A stretch of 63,950 nt of DNA, filler included, from Hyphochytrium catenoides (lineage: Eukaryota > Protista > Hyphochytriomycota): the NCBI GenBank assembly GCA_900088475.1. It is 5 parts of 5 records of this genome, joined end to end, with 100 filler letters (N's around TTAATTAATTAA, not from the genome) between each part and the next. Parts side by side here need not be neighbours in the genome. Positions count along the whole stretch, not along the records: positions 12,664 to 37,375 come from FLMG01004343.1; positions 37,476 to 52,737 come from FLMG01001535.1; 3 more parts are not named here. One strand, given 5' to 3'. The notes under the pieces were generated by a model. That model saw nothing but the letters and a program-made list of their open reading frames with translations. It searched no databases and was not told the DNA's origin. Positions 25,602 to 39,076 of the stretch are shown piece after piece (position 1 is the stretch's first letter; each line of letters begins with the position of its first letter). A program made the translations under genes and the position numbers.

Positions 25602-28600
25602 CTAGCTAACATTGCTACCCGTTACGCTATGGGGAGCCTTGTACTCTTTCGGCAGTAACGCGCGCTGGAATTTGTTGAACGCAAAAGCCGGCTTCCCAGT
25701 GTTTCTCATGGCGTTGACGATTCTGACCCCGTTGGTCCTCATGACATTTGTAGTCGAGGCGATAGCTGTAGGAGGTAGACCGTGATACTTTGCCAATATC
25801 CTCGCCTGCGAAGTAAGTAAGTCAGTTAGAGCGGTTCGCCGTCTGCGCGATTCATCAAGGAGCAGGGCATTGCCACCTTGGATTTAGAAGGTTGATTACA
25901 GCGGTCTTCCATTGCAAGAACATAAAAGTAGGACTTGGGGTCAAAGACGACCACCAACGGTAGGAAAGAAGGAGCACCAAGATGCAAGAGGTCCATGGCA
26001 CCTACCTGCTCAAAGGTGACGGACATAGAAGTCCTATCCTTAGCACTCTTACAGCAAGTACATCGGCCGGCTCTAATTGACCTGCAGAGGTCTGAGGAAA
26101 GAGTAAGAATCTCTGTTCTCTTCACGTGCACCGTTCGAAGGGCAGCTTCTTGCACAAGGAGAGAAAGAGCCGAGAGCTGCGCTCTAAGCTCTTCTCCTGA
26201 CATTCTAGAATCTTCGTCCTCTTCTCTCTCTCCGGATAGGTCCGCAAGCGACTGAGTGCAATACGAGGAGGAGTTGCGTCAGTTTCAGGGGTGACATCAT
26301 ATGACGACGAAAGGTGACAGAGCCTAAGGCAGATGTGCCTTACCCAAGTAATATACTCCTCAACGTATGAGCTCAACTTTTTAAGGTTAGCGACGTTGAT
26401 TTTGTCCTGGAGCTCGGTGTGCATACCCGAGGCATTCGCAATTGTCTGCATCTCGTTAATCCCTAGAGTCCAAGAAAGGCCGTTGGATCATGAATGCAGA
26501 GCAACATAGCACCAAGCCTCTCCTTGATCATCTCTCTCTACAACTCTAAGTTCTTAGCATATCCTCCTAGAGCATTGTTCCACTCTATTTCCCGCCTCTA
26601 GCTATCTCTACCTCTTTTTGTTACCTTGAGTAAAAATGACAGCCTTAACAGTGATAAGCTCGCCGTCGACCAAGCACTCGGGAAGCAGATGCTCACCGCC
26701 CTCAGTCACGTAGACCTAGAGATCATCTTTAGCTAAAGATAGGAGGGCTATGACAGAAAAAGAAAGCATCAAAATCTACAATGCAAGACTCTTTTACCTT
26801 GACAATATACCCCTTCCGTCCATCATCATTAAGAGTCACCTCAATCGCGGAGGTTCCAGGCCGTACTCCCGGAGGGGAGCGCTACGTGGGAAATAGAAAG
26901 AGTCAGACCTACCCGAACCATGAGCACAGTAGGAAGGTAAGGACCTTAGAGTAGTCAACCACAATCTGGAACTTGCACGCATGTAAGCGCGCCACCGCCG
27001 CCGTCATATCCTCCAGCATTCCGATTTCGTTGCCATGGGTTGAAAGCAAGCTTTCCACCTACGACGGTTGTGAGTATTGAGATGACAGAGGACGATAGAT
27101 GAATAGGGGTTACGCAGTTGTGAGTTTTTGAGGTGATACTTATGCGGACGTGAGGACAGCGATGGGGTTACTGTCGTCGTACGAAGCGGAAAGTAACGGA
27201 GGGAATGGGACAATGGGTGTGGGACTACCTGGAACAGGAATCCAATATCGGCGACTTGACGTGCAAATGGGCTTCGACTGGAACCACCATTGGCTGACTC
27301 TTTTAGGGCGGTATCCAGCTAAGGTAAGGCGTGACGGCGTCCGGCAGAGTAAAGGAGAGCAACAAGACAAAGTAGAGAGGTCAAGCAGAGAACCTACATG
27401 AGCGTTTCGACTTTCAATATCTCTATGGAGTTCAACCCGATGCTCGTACCTCGTTCACGAAGGAGGTTACTAGTGCTGTCAGAGCTTCACAGAAGGACAC
27501 GTCCAAGCGTTGCTAACCAAGGAGAGAGAAGTGATGAGGGATGGACCCCACAGGGGTTTGGCTATTGCAAGGCCATTGGATTTCAAAGATATAAAGGGTA
27601 GAACCCCCCGGAAGGAGGTGTGCAATGAAGGCATCCAGTAGTGAAAGTACATAAAGCTACCTGGATCTCCCTGGTTAGGTCGTCAATTTGCCTCCTCTCT
27701 GGCGTCCACAACCAGCTTTCGCCAATTCCGCTTTGTTCCACCTTCTCAATTAGCTTCTCCTGCGCATCTTGCAGACTCATAACCCCACCTTTGGTGAACT
27801 AGAGACAAAAAATCGTGAAGGTCTATCCAAGGCTATCAAAGCTGAGGAGAAGTGCACCGCAAGTAGAAGCATTTGATAGAATCTGCAGTTTACGTGCTGC
27901 GCAGATGAATATTAGGGATGATAGCGTTCCGAGGTACCTTATAGGCATGAGCACACATGGCTCCGACCGTGACAAAGTGATAGGTGCTCAGTCTTGGACT
28001 CGTTTGCGGCCCCTATGAACGTAACTCAATGTAAAAATGGAGGTTGGATGGTTCTAGATTAGAAAGAAACCATCATTCGCCACGCCGAAGGGTAAGAAGT
28101 CTCCTTCCTTGCCTAGAGTAGAACGTATGTAGAGCAAGAGAGCCACAAAAGTCTCAGAGAGGTCTTTGTCGTTTATACCAGCTTTCCTTTCTCATCCTTA
28201 GGCAGGCAAAAGCTTTGCTTGGTCCCCACCACCATGCTCTGAAGCTGAAGGTTGATAGGAAAGAAACGAAGGGCCCACTCCTTTTTCGCGGTGCTAGGTT
28301 TGAACAGGATACCGTCCTTTTGACGCTGCACGCAGGTCTGAAATCCGGATTTGCAAGTGAAAGGAGACATAAGTGGAGGGCGGCAGATGATGCAACGCAT
28401 TGCAAAATTCAGCGCCAAGTAAGCAAAAAATATGTCGAACTGTAAGATTATGAGATGCGCGGGTGTATACCTGTGAGAGCTCAAGAAGCTTAATTGACCT
28501 ACCTCTTCAACCTCTGACAGTTCTGTTAAGTATTGGTGAAGCTGTTCTACTCTCCTTTGGAGCCATTGTCGGATTGTTTCTATTTCCCTTTCGTCCTGAA

Positions 28601-31600
28601 TTGAGCTCAGGATCAGTTCGTACGGGTTTGGCGATACACTCTGGTAGGAAGAATAAGTGACACATATTGCGTGAGGCACCTCAGATTCCTGTCTCTAAGC
28701 ACTTAGCAAATAGCGTCCTTTCCCTCTCCCGCTGTCCCATTCTCTACTTCTGCGAACTCTTCGGATCCACTTTGTTTCTGTGACCTTGCTTGGACCTTTG
28801 CTGTTCCTCCCTTTTGTCGCTTACCGCCTTTTTCTCCCTTTTCTGTTGCAGAAGAGTGTCGATCTGCCTGTTGAACTCTTCAGCTTCTTTTTCAGCCCTG
28901 ACAAGCTGCTTGGCTCTTGAATATTTCAACAGGCCCACCATTTGCCAGCATACTGAATGGACATAAATACCCTCATTCAACTTCTCTACCACCACTAGAT
29001 CCACACTGGGTGTGGTAGACGGAAGTTGGTAGGCTCTGGAAATGGTGTGAGGGCCTTGAGAAAGTAGCATTGGATGGAGCTTGATCTTTATGGTGGAGTT
29101 GCCTTCAGGAGGAATAAAGCTACCCAGATCACCAGACCCTTCAGCGTGCTGAACATAACATCGCAGAGAGTAAGAGTTTGACTTTAGTTGGCAGAAATTA
29201 AGCATAAGAGTTGGACCTGGGAAAATCCAATCACAAAGTACGTTTAGAGGAGGAGAACGCTACATGAAACAGCTAGAGAACATGAAGCTTGAAAGGTTGA
29301 CTTTACGGAGTGGTTCACACCTCGTGGTTCTTTGATATGAACATTCCTGGTTCTGCTGTTATAATGAGCTCCCCAGCGACGTTGGCAGCCTGGAGAAGGG
29401 CTTGCATAGACACTGAAAACACACACAGCTGCGTCTCCCTGTCGAGTCAAAGAAGTACCCGTACGAGACTAATAAGCAGATGTACCGTAGAACGCTGAGA
29501 ATAAGACTATCAAAAGTGTGGTGACCTCGAGTTCCCACCTTTTAGGAGCAGCAGGAAGTGCTGCTGAGCCACTGGCCGCCTCTGCGGTTGCCTCTACCTC
29601 ATTCCCCAAGCCAGGGGTATCGTAGGGATTTTCCGAGAGGCGAGGGGCTTCGGAGGCCGAGGAGGGTGAAAGATGGGACTGTTCTTCATCTTTGTAAAGA
29701 AGTAACATACGGAGTTAAATGTCACAGATAAAACACTCGCATCAATGGCTTAACCCCATCTTTCCTCAGAAGAACTGCAGATGTAAAAAATTGTGCTGAT
29801 GGAGATAGAAGAGGGACGGATCCGTGCCTTACCAATTACGTATGCTGCTATTTTGACTTCGTACTCGGCATCTTCCGCCGAAACGCCTATCTTCATTACA
29901 GCATTGAATGCCGCGATTAGCTCATCACTCTCTAGGTTGACCATTCCTCTAACTCTCTCTGTGTATGATACGCCAGGAACGAGGTCAGTTTTCCCTTCAT
30001 CCGTGGTGGACTCCTTGCCTCTCTCGTCCACACCGAGTGGTTCGGACGTTCCGGCGATGGCGTCCACGACGCCCGACTTAGATTGAGAGCTGCGTGAAAG
30101 ACGGCTGAAAGAACAAGAATGAATAAGCATAGCTGCATGAGTCCTTTCCAGATACGTGGTTAGAGAAAGGTGTGGACGGATTGGAAAGGGAGACAAGTGT
30201 TACTTTTAAGAGACAGAGCGGTTCAGATATGGCAAGGGAGGTGACTTGGTCGGATTCTACCTTAATTTTGCACTGCCCTCGGTAAGTGGTGCACCGCTCT
30301 TTCTTTCGCTAGTGCGAGAATTAAGTGAAGCCAAGTATCTAATGCCCACTGCAGAGGCGGAAACTCCTCCCTCAGAAACAATTTCCTCATCCGGAAAGCT
30401 GGAGTTCGGAGAAACCGCGGTCAAATAAAGGAGAGCGCTCTCTCCTCCTCTCTCGAAGATACTGCGGTACTTGCTGAAGGGAAGAGAGATGGATGCCATG
30501 ACGTACAGCTCTTTCCTCTCCACTTCCCTCTTGTCAGGCGTCACCTCAAATACTTCCTTCGCCTCCTCAATGGACTCTCTACAACAAAGAACGGCAGGGT
30601 CGCTTATTTTTAGGCAAGCGAGAGATGTTCCACCAACTAATGAAAACCGCAATCCAGAATAGGACCCAAAATAGTGGTTATGGGAAGCCACAACAAGGCG
30701 TGACGGTGATAATGATTACGTAGAAAGAAACGCAGCGCATAATTTGCTAAGGACAACAACTGCTACGGACAACCGCTTTGGACGTTGCCAAAAGAGTGAG
30801 AGACCGGACTGGAGTCTGACGGAGATACTTCTCACCACGCAGCTACCTCTTACCTGCGGGCATAAACATATTTACTGAGCTCTCTCATGGTGTCCTGCAT
30901 CGATATAATATCTGAATTGTTGTCGTCTTCTTCTCCCGCTTTAGATTTAGCTTTCTCTAACGAAGGATGGGCCTCTGGACAGACCGTCAGATATTAGAGG
31001 GAGCGTGCTAGGGTTCTACATATCCGATTTCACGAGCAAGTGTTTACGCATAGGGACCATCCATGGTTCAAAAAAGTGAGCTTGAAAGCGTTGGGGTCAA
31101 GAAATTGGAAGTGAAAATAGTAGCGAATGCTTACCGATAGATTGGTGCATAAAGAGGAAGCATATCGGAGGGATGACATTGGGACTCCAGATAGCCAAAG
31201 TGTACCAGAGCGCCAGAGAGATGGATCCCGCCGGCAGAAGGTGGCAGAGGAAAGACAGGATGTAGACAATAGTAATGGTAGAGATCAGAACATAGTACAT
31301 CAACAGTGCTTGACGGTACTTCTTTCTCAGAGGACCGCATTTAACGGCTTCCAGAGAGGAGATTTTGGAGGTAAAGGCGTTACCCATCTATAGTCGTACA
31401 AGTGTACATGCGAGAGTAATATAGAAGGGCAAGGCGGACAGGAGAAGAGAAAGCGTCAAAAGACGAACGGAGGGTTTCTGTCATCAAGTATACACGTGGA
31501 AGGATAGAATAGGCAGCAGAAGCATGATCTAAAGATGCAAACTTAAGGGGATATGTAGCATGGAGGGAGGGTGGAAGCAGCATCGCCAAGAAAGGAGCAC

Positions 31601-34600
31601 ACATTTCATGTTCCGTTAGCACCTACCACGAACAAAGCGATGGCAGCGATTAGCATGCAAGACAAAGTAACAATGTAGTTCACTCTGTAGTACGGCAAAT
31701 GATGGGCTTCCTCACAGTCATCCCACATCGAGGGCAATTTGTCCAGAATCTCTTGTCCCTCCGCACAGGCGAGGTCGCACGGTAGGGAGGGATCGATGGC
31801 GTAGGTACAGGTAATCACAGAGGACGAGAGAGATGCGTTTAGCACGAGGAAGAGCAAAAGAAGACCCAAGATTCCGCAATAGACATGCTGAAGAGGGCGG
31901 AGGTGCTCTTGCTTGGCGTAGGCAAGGTTTCCCCTGCAAAGAGGTTAGGATGGTAAGATTGCAAGCGGGTAAGAGACCGAGGAGAGGTGCCTCTCAAGTA
32001 GAGACTGTGAGTCCAATACAGAAAGGGTTATGGGACGCACGAACGGGCTAATGGAAAGGTCACCATCAAACTTGATTCAATGAAGTTGGTAAACCATAAA
32101 TGGAAAGAAAATGGACATTGCAGCGCAAGGGCATGGCATGCCTTGCGTCCAGGAAGCTTCAACTGAAGATGACGCAAGCCGTGACACCTACCATTGGAAG
32201 CAGACAGCGTAGATAAGGCCTACGGAACAGAACTGCTGGACGAGGCTAATGTAGTAAGCAATGGTTGAGGGTGAAATAATCCTGGATATGAATGAGACCA
32301 TACGGAAAGGGTGACAAGTAAGTGACTATGACTGCTCCATCAGAGGGCTTGGCTCTCTTGGTAGTTCATCACCAGGGCTCTTTTGCTCATTTAACCAAAA
32401 GTCTCCTTTCCTCCCGTGAGGCCTCTCCCTTCCGTCTCATTCGAGCAGCAATACTGCAAAACAATCTTGTCGCTGTCCAACTAGCTTCCTCCAAAGACTA
32501 GAACTGAATCTCACATTCTTTTCTAATATTTTTTCGTACCACCAAAGGCTTGCTACCAGGCCAGCTCCGAATCCAAGCAATATGCACGCCGAGATGACAT
32601 TTACGAAGAGATTCACCCGTAAGAAGACCAGACGGCTCTGTCAAAAAAATACCAACAAAAGAGAGAAAGAAGCAGCAGATAAGTGAGCCTCAGCTGAAGC
32701 ACTCAGAGATAGGAAGAGAGGACTGGGTTGGTACCGCTGGGCGATACGTGAGATGAGGCAGCACTGCAGAAGAGACGGCGGGGGCATAAGATAGAAGTAT
32801 CACAAGGCAAAGCTGGAGCAAGGGAACCCGCTACACCTGGACGCTGGTAACATTCAACAATCGGGCAGACCAAGTGTTGCGGATCGTATCCCACGGATTC
32901 ATCCTCACTCCCTTTGATCGATTGACCTTACCGTAAGGAAAAGGACAAACGATGTTGCCAGTAGGCAAACAGCATATAAGGCGGCAGATATCCCGCTGAA
33001 GAACCGGGACGTGTATGAATTGGACATTGTCGCTAATAAATAATGAGTTCAGAAGGTAATCGTGATGCAAANAACAACAGGAAGCTCAAGAGTGAAAGGT
33101 GTTAAGAAGGTGACAGCTAGCTTGTAAAATTCTGGCCTTTGCACCTGAAACGAGCACAACATTTGAGCTAACATTCCCGGTCACCAGAAGTGCTCCTTGG
33201 TTAGAGAAGATGTCTACTCCCATTATGGATGGGAGAGAAGAAATAGGGGATGAGGATGGGGATGCCAGAAGGGAACTAGGTCTGGATGGTGTTATGACTT
33301 GGGGAAAGCGGACGGTTAGCCACTGATTTGCGCTCAGGTTGAAGGGCAGATTGAACGAAAGGGTAGTGCCTTCCATCAATCCGCCTTCACCTGCACCTGC
33401 ACCAGATTGGGAGGGTACAACCTTCACCTCCGCTGGGGCTTGTCGGTACGGTTGATCAAACCGTACAGAGGTTACACCTTCAACCTGCGACACGTTAAGC
33501 CACTTAGAGAAAGAGCAAGATATGGAAGAGATTGCACGAAGATACAGCCACTCTCACACGTATGAAACACAAGGAGACTGCGTTTGGTGCCCGAGAGGAG
33601 TATTCCGCAATATTGACAAAGCAGGTACAAGATTAGTGACCACACCGCCTGTGCTCCAGTTCAACCCAGAGTGTCAAGGTCGACGAGTTCAGCAGGATAC
33701 AACCACTATTGCACTTGCCTTCCAGAGGTCTGCGGCGGAAGACTCACGGAATTTGAGGGTAACCGTGCTGTTGACGTCGATGAAGACATCGGATAGCAGT
33801 ATGGAGAGTAAGCCCTCGCAGGTTGTTCCAATGACGTTACTGGTGGCACTCCAAGCCCCCGAACGGATATATGCTAAGGATAGAGGAAAGAGTCAATGCT
33901 GAGCAACACCCTGCGATTGCTGAATCAAGCAGAAAAGTTATCCTTCTGAATGATCAAGGTAACCCAGATTAGCAATCGACAAGGGGGTGACCTAAGGCGG
34001 AGGGAAGATGGTACTGTTCGTGGCAGAACCCCTTCTAGCAATTGGCAACGAAAGCGATACATCAATCGGTACCTGGTTCGACCCTAGCCGTTGAGACGGA
34101 CAGGAACAGCAGAAGGGGTTTACCGTCTATCGATGTGCCTTCCACTGCAGCCAAGCCCTGAAGATTATCACACGAATGAGCGGGGAGGACAGCACACCTT
34201 CGGAAGAATCGAGAGATAAGAGCCCCTGCAAGGAGGCAGTAGCCCGCGAAGGTTGAGCTTTCATAGCTGCTCGGTAAAGCATTGGAGGCAGAGGCGCCCA
34301 TGGTGGTGGAAAATTGGCAGAAAGATAGATAGTGGGACTGAACTCTATGGAAACCAATGACATTAGAAGACAGCGAATGAAGGAAGCTTATTAGCTCACT
34401 CGGCGACCCCCAGAGCCTGTACCTTCTTGGGCCCACCGGGGAGTCTCGGCGCAATGAGATTGTCCACTCTTACAGCAAAACTAGGAGGGTAGGCGCCAAC
34501 CGATCCGACTAACGCCATTGCAAGGGTGTCGTTTGTAAACGAACAGAGGATCTTCAGGCCGTTAACAGGCGGATCCAACGTGCAGCTCCGTTCAAAGTCA

Positions 34601-36536
34601 AACTCTACGCCGCAGCGGAGGATCGATGGGAAGCAACGAAAACAGACAGGCGAGGGTGAGGCCGGATGGTACACTGCCCCCACACGACCAGCATTATCAT
34701 GACTATTAGAGAACACAAGCAGCAATAAAGCTCAAACCCTAGGACCTTGGAAGAACCAATCTCTCCACCTGTTGTTCTATTCCAATTGGGGAGGCTGAAG
34801 ACCGCTTGTACGTCCTTGCTGACGGCCGGGAAGTTTCTTGAAAGAACTAGAAGAAGGAGTGAATTCGGTTAAGAGGAGAGTACCTAGTGTCCGATGAGCG
34901 GTAGAATGGAAGGCGAGGCCGACAAAGACAGCAAGATATAAAGCCTAGGAGGCACCTAACTAGGAGGGAAGTTTGCAATACAGAGATTAAGAGACGACAA
35001 CGAGAGTGAGAGGAAGAACAAGAGGATAATAAGAAATAAGCGAACCTTCTTGGAAGTAGAATTTAGCAGTAGTGCCGCTGCCTGGCACGAAAGTTTGGTG
35101 TCCCAGAGGCTCGATGGCGAATGCTGAGATGTTGGACGGCAACACGGGCTCATAGGTGTAGCTTGAGCATGGTCCGCCTGTTCAAGAGTTTTAGAAAGAA
35201 TTATCTTCCGTAAACATGAGAGAGCCCTCTTATTATACTGCTACTCAGTCTTATCCTTGCTACACTTGCTTTCTCTGTTACCATTAAACTACAAGGACGA
35301 ATGTTACTCCTTCTCTAAAGTAGGCTTCTGCTCCGTCTCTCTTATCTTTCGCCAATATCGTCTGTACTTAGCTACGCACCGTAGGCTGTTCGGCAGTCTT
35401 GTGAAGACATCCAAGTCAATGGCTGTTGCGCCTCGCAAAGTATGGGCCTACATTGGTCCACAGAGGCATAGGAGCTGAAGACAACCGCAGGCAACGTATG
35501 AGGCCTAGCACTGTGAGATTATAACTTGAGATAACAATATGACAAAACTGACATTGCGTTGGTTCCCTTATCTAGTAGAACCCAGTGAGGTGTCCCATCA
35601 CTGGCAGGGAGGCACTTGGCGGTATCAAAGGGTAGAGAAAAGGAATCTGCAAGCGTGGTTAAGATTAGGGCAAGCGTGGTTAAGATTAGAGCAAGCGATG
35701 TGCATTCCCTCAGGACAAAGAGATTCGCTGGAGGACAGCAGGGAGACAAAAGTAGGATGAAATGAAGAGGTTCACTAGACAGGACGGATCAGAGAACAAG
35801 AGGGTAGAGTAGTCGGATGATAGTGAAGAGGCCAACCTATTAACGTAAGCTCAAAGCCATCGGAAGAGCCAGAGGCCTGTCTGAAAAGAGGTGACAACGG
35901 ACCCACTTCGAGACGGACGCCTAAACCCAATGGAAGGGAAGGGCGTGACAGACAGAGATTGTGAGAGTGAAAGCGAGAGTAAGAGAGGAGAGAAAACACC
36001 GAGAAATCGGGACAAGGACTGAAGGGGTTACGTATGCATAAGGCTGAGAGGAAGGTGGGGCGCCAAAGGAGACGAGTCTGCAGCAGAAAGCCAAGCGAGA
36101 GGAAAGTCCAGCCGGGTTATCCTAGTAACTAGTGTTATGTCGGACCTGCTGTCTCAGAGCAGAGGGTGGGGTTTGCACTGAGAGGTCCTACTTCGTCTTG
36201 AAAGCTTGACAAAGAGGAAAGAGCACTATTGTCGCCTTCGGTTTGATCCTCTATTGCCGCCTGTACAAGCCAGTGAACCCCTCTTCTGGCTTTAGGCTTT
36301 GCTATTCCAGTCTCTTTGGTTCTTCTAGCATCGTCATCTAGGCTAAGGAACTGTCTCCTTTTCTCTCTACGGAGAGCTTCACTGTGAAGAGAATTGGGGC
36401 TAAGCGAACGGTCTGCTGTACTTTGCCAGGGAATCTGCCGTTCAGTATGCCGTTCATACCCGCCAGTCCGGGTAGCCGCCACGTTGGACTGGCAGACCAC
36501 CAGGCCGGTCAGCAGAAGGCTTATCAGTTGCTTCAT
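25602..36536 (-). CDS. Signal peptide + large ectodomain + 7TM + inositol polyphosphate 4-phosphatase (INPP4) fusion protein
   Basis: Start [17 protein letters not shown] at 36536. 7TM exons 33032-32932, 32637-32540, 32281-32192, 31933-31627, 31387-31135. Linker exons 30974-30854, 30578-30261 and onward join with matching phase. INPP4 motifs: [71 protein letters not shown], catalytic [16 protein letters not shown] (26053-26030), [41 protein letters not shown]4 identity is near certain; the single-gene model rests on manual splicing. Confidence 0.82.
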
Positions 36537-37375
36537 AATGTTTTCCTCTCAGTATTCGCACTCGGAAACAGTCCCATAGCAAACATGAGTTTTCTATAGG
36601 AGTAAGGGTCTTGGAGAGCTAAAGGGAAAGCTCGCACTATAGAATAACTGCGAGGGCCTAACTTGGCCAAGCTGGAGAAGATGCAGGACTCCCCGCCCGC
36701 ATAGAAACGTTCAGCATAGAGCTCCTTAGCTGCTGGTTGCTGTTGCTAGCGCATGTAAGGGTACCTTATACTCTATTGAGGCACAATCTCCATGCTCAGG
36801 CCGGCTGGCTGTTGACCTTCAGTTCACATCATCACCGAAGGGCAAATTGCCCACTCTCGCGTCGGTTCGCATCTCCATTTTTGAAGTGTCGGAGGGGATT
36901 TCTGAGGGTCTTTGGCAAACAGATCTCAATCTGTCCTTCACTCCTCTCTATCAGCCTGTGTTATGTATTTCTCATCTCTCTCTTCTCTCCTCTGTCAATC
37001 TACATAGTTCTCTTTTACTTTTACGCAGTATTTCTCTTACCTCTTTCGCCCACTCTGTCTCTCTACATACTCATCTCTCTCAACTCTTTCTTGCAGCACC
37101 ACAGATTGTATCGTACTTCTTGTTCTTTGGTGCGACCATCATCGTCAGTGTTCGCTCTCCCAGATTCTGATCCCTGAAGATCCTTGGCAATGATGAGGAG
37201 TTGAAGTCTGGTTTAGAGCTCCAGGGAAGTACGCGAAGGCCCGTCTGATTGTCTCATCAGTACCACTTAGAAGCAGTTGTTCTTGCTAGCCTCTTTGACA
37301 TTTCATCGACATTTGTTGCCAAAGGATACCCCTTCTCATTCCCTTGAGCGAAACGGTGTCCAGTAGCTGTAGCGG

Positions 37376-37475
37376 NNNNNNNNNNNNNNNNNNNNNNNNN
37401 NNNNNNNNNNNNNNNNNNNTTAATTAATTAANNNNNNNNNNNNNNNNNNNNNNNNNNNNNNNNNNNNNNNNNNNN
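37376..37475. other. Artificial scaffold linker
   Basis: TTAATTAATTAA at 37420-37431 between N runs. Confidence 0.97.
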
Positions 37476-37740
37476 TCTCTCTCTCTCTCTTGTCGTCTCT
37501 CTCTTCTCACACTCTCTCTCTGTAAATCTCTGAGCACCCACCTATCTTTGTCTCCCTACTCTTACCTCTCGTGCGCAGCTTCCCTCCTTTGTGAAGCTTC
37601 GTCCAGCTGTCATCACTACTTCCGTTGTCCTTTCGACTCCAAGCGCTATTCTGAAGGTTGAAAGCTCTCTCTCTCTCTACGAAAAGCAGCAGAAGTACAG
37701 CGATCAGGAAAGGAAACCCAGCCTAAGATATCAAAGCAAG

Positions 37741-39076
37741 ATGGCTCCCGGCCGTAACGCAGGGAAGCGACAGAGAAGTGGAGGGCAAAGCGAGGGACAG
37801 AGACCAAACAAGAGAGGAGGACGAGGCGGCGGTGGCGGTAGTGGTGGCAGCAGGGGCGGTTCCAAGTCAAACGGCGGCGGTGGAAGAGGAGGAGGTGGGC
37901 GAGGTGGCGGAAGGGGGAGAGGCCGCGGAGGGAGAGGGCGTGGCCGTGGAGGTAACAAGAAGCCCAGAACCGCCGAAGAGCTGGACGCAGACATGGACGC
38001 GTACTGGGGAAAGGTAATAACTAGCCACGCTATCGTGCTTTCATTCTCTTCGTTGTTTGCCTCTCTCCGCTTGTTTGTCTCTCTCCCTTTGATTATCCAT
38101 CGCGCGGTCCTCAGCCCGTCAGCTACGTCTTTTTTCCCCATGAAATGCCCTCTTCCGTCTCGCAGCGCTTCTTCTCTCTCTTGCTTATCTAGCTAGCTCT
38201 GTAGTTCTTTTTTTCCATCTACTCTCCTCCCCTCTCTTCTTCCATACTCCAGGACCTACTGCTTCCATCGGGAAACGCTTGAACTGAACCGTCTCGTCAC
38301 TCTCTTGATCTCGCTCTCCCGCTCTCTCTCGCTCTCACTACGCATTATGCTGTGTTATTGTGCTTATTTTCCTTGCGCTTAATTTTGCCCATTTGCTCAT
38401 ACTCTGTGTTCCAGAGTGAGGAGCACGCACAGAAGAAGCTCGACACTGATCTGGACGACTACTGGAAGGGCAAGGAAGGAGGTGCGTTTACCAGCAGCTG
38501 ATGCCCCAATCCCCCTGCTCTCTCGCTTTCTGGCTGGTCTCCACTAACATTTACATTGCCTCAGATCTTCCTTCACTCTCTCTCCTCACTCTCTCTGTCT
38601 CTTTCTCTCTCTCTTTCTTTCTTTCTTTCTCTCTCTCTCTCTTCCTCCCCCCAAAACTTCTTTTTTCTTGTCTCTCTGTCTGTTTCCTCTGACACCTACC
38701 CAAGCCATCCTATTACCGGTTTATCCCTCCCCTTCTGCGCTTGCGTCGGGTTACGTATTCCAGAGACGTCCATTCTCACGCTTCTCACTGGCAGCTGTTA
38801 CACCTAATCTCTACACATGCCTCCGTCTTCCTTAAGCTTCTCTTGCATGTTGCCGCTCTATGCACAACGCTTACCGAAGTGCCACTCCTCTCTGAATCTC
38901 TCTCTCTCTCTCTTTCTCTCTTGCTCCTCGGTCTTTCTCTCTCCTTCTTGCTCTCTCTCTCTCTTACTTTTGCTGCAGGGCCTTCCAAGGTTAGGAAGAC
39001 TAGCAAAGATGAGGCTGAGACGAGCAAGGACGGTGAAGTTGAGCCTGCAGCTGAGGGTCAGGAAGCTGCAGAGTAG
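37741..39076 (+). CDS. Chtop/FoP-like RGG-rich mRNA export adaptor (duplicated C-terminal UAP56-binding-type motif, no RRM)
   Basis: Exons 37741-38013, 38415-38481, 38979-39076 in phase; RGG tract followed by TAEELDADMDAYWGK-SEEHAQKKLDTDLDDYWKGK. Confidence 0.85.
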
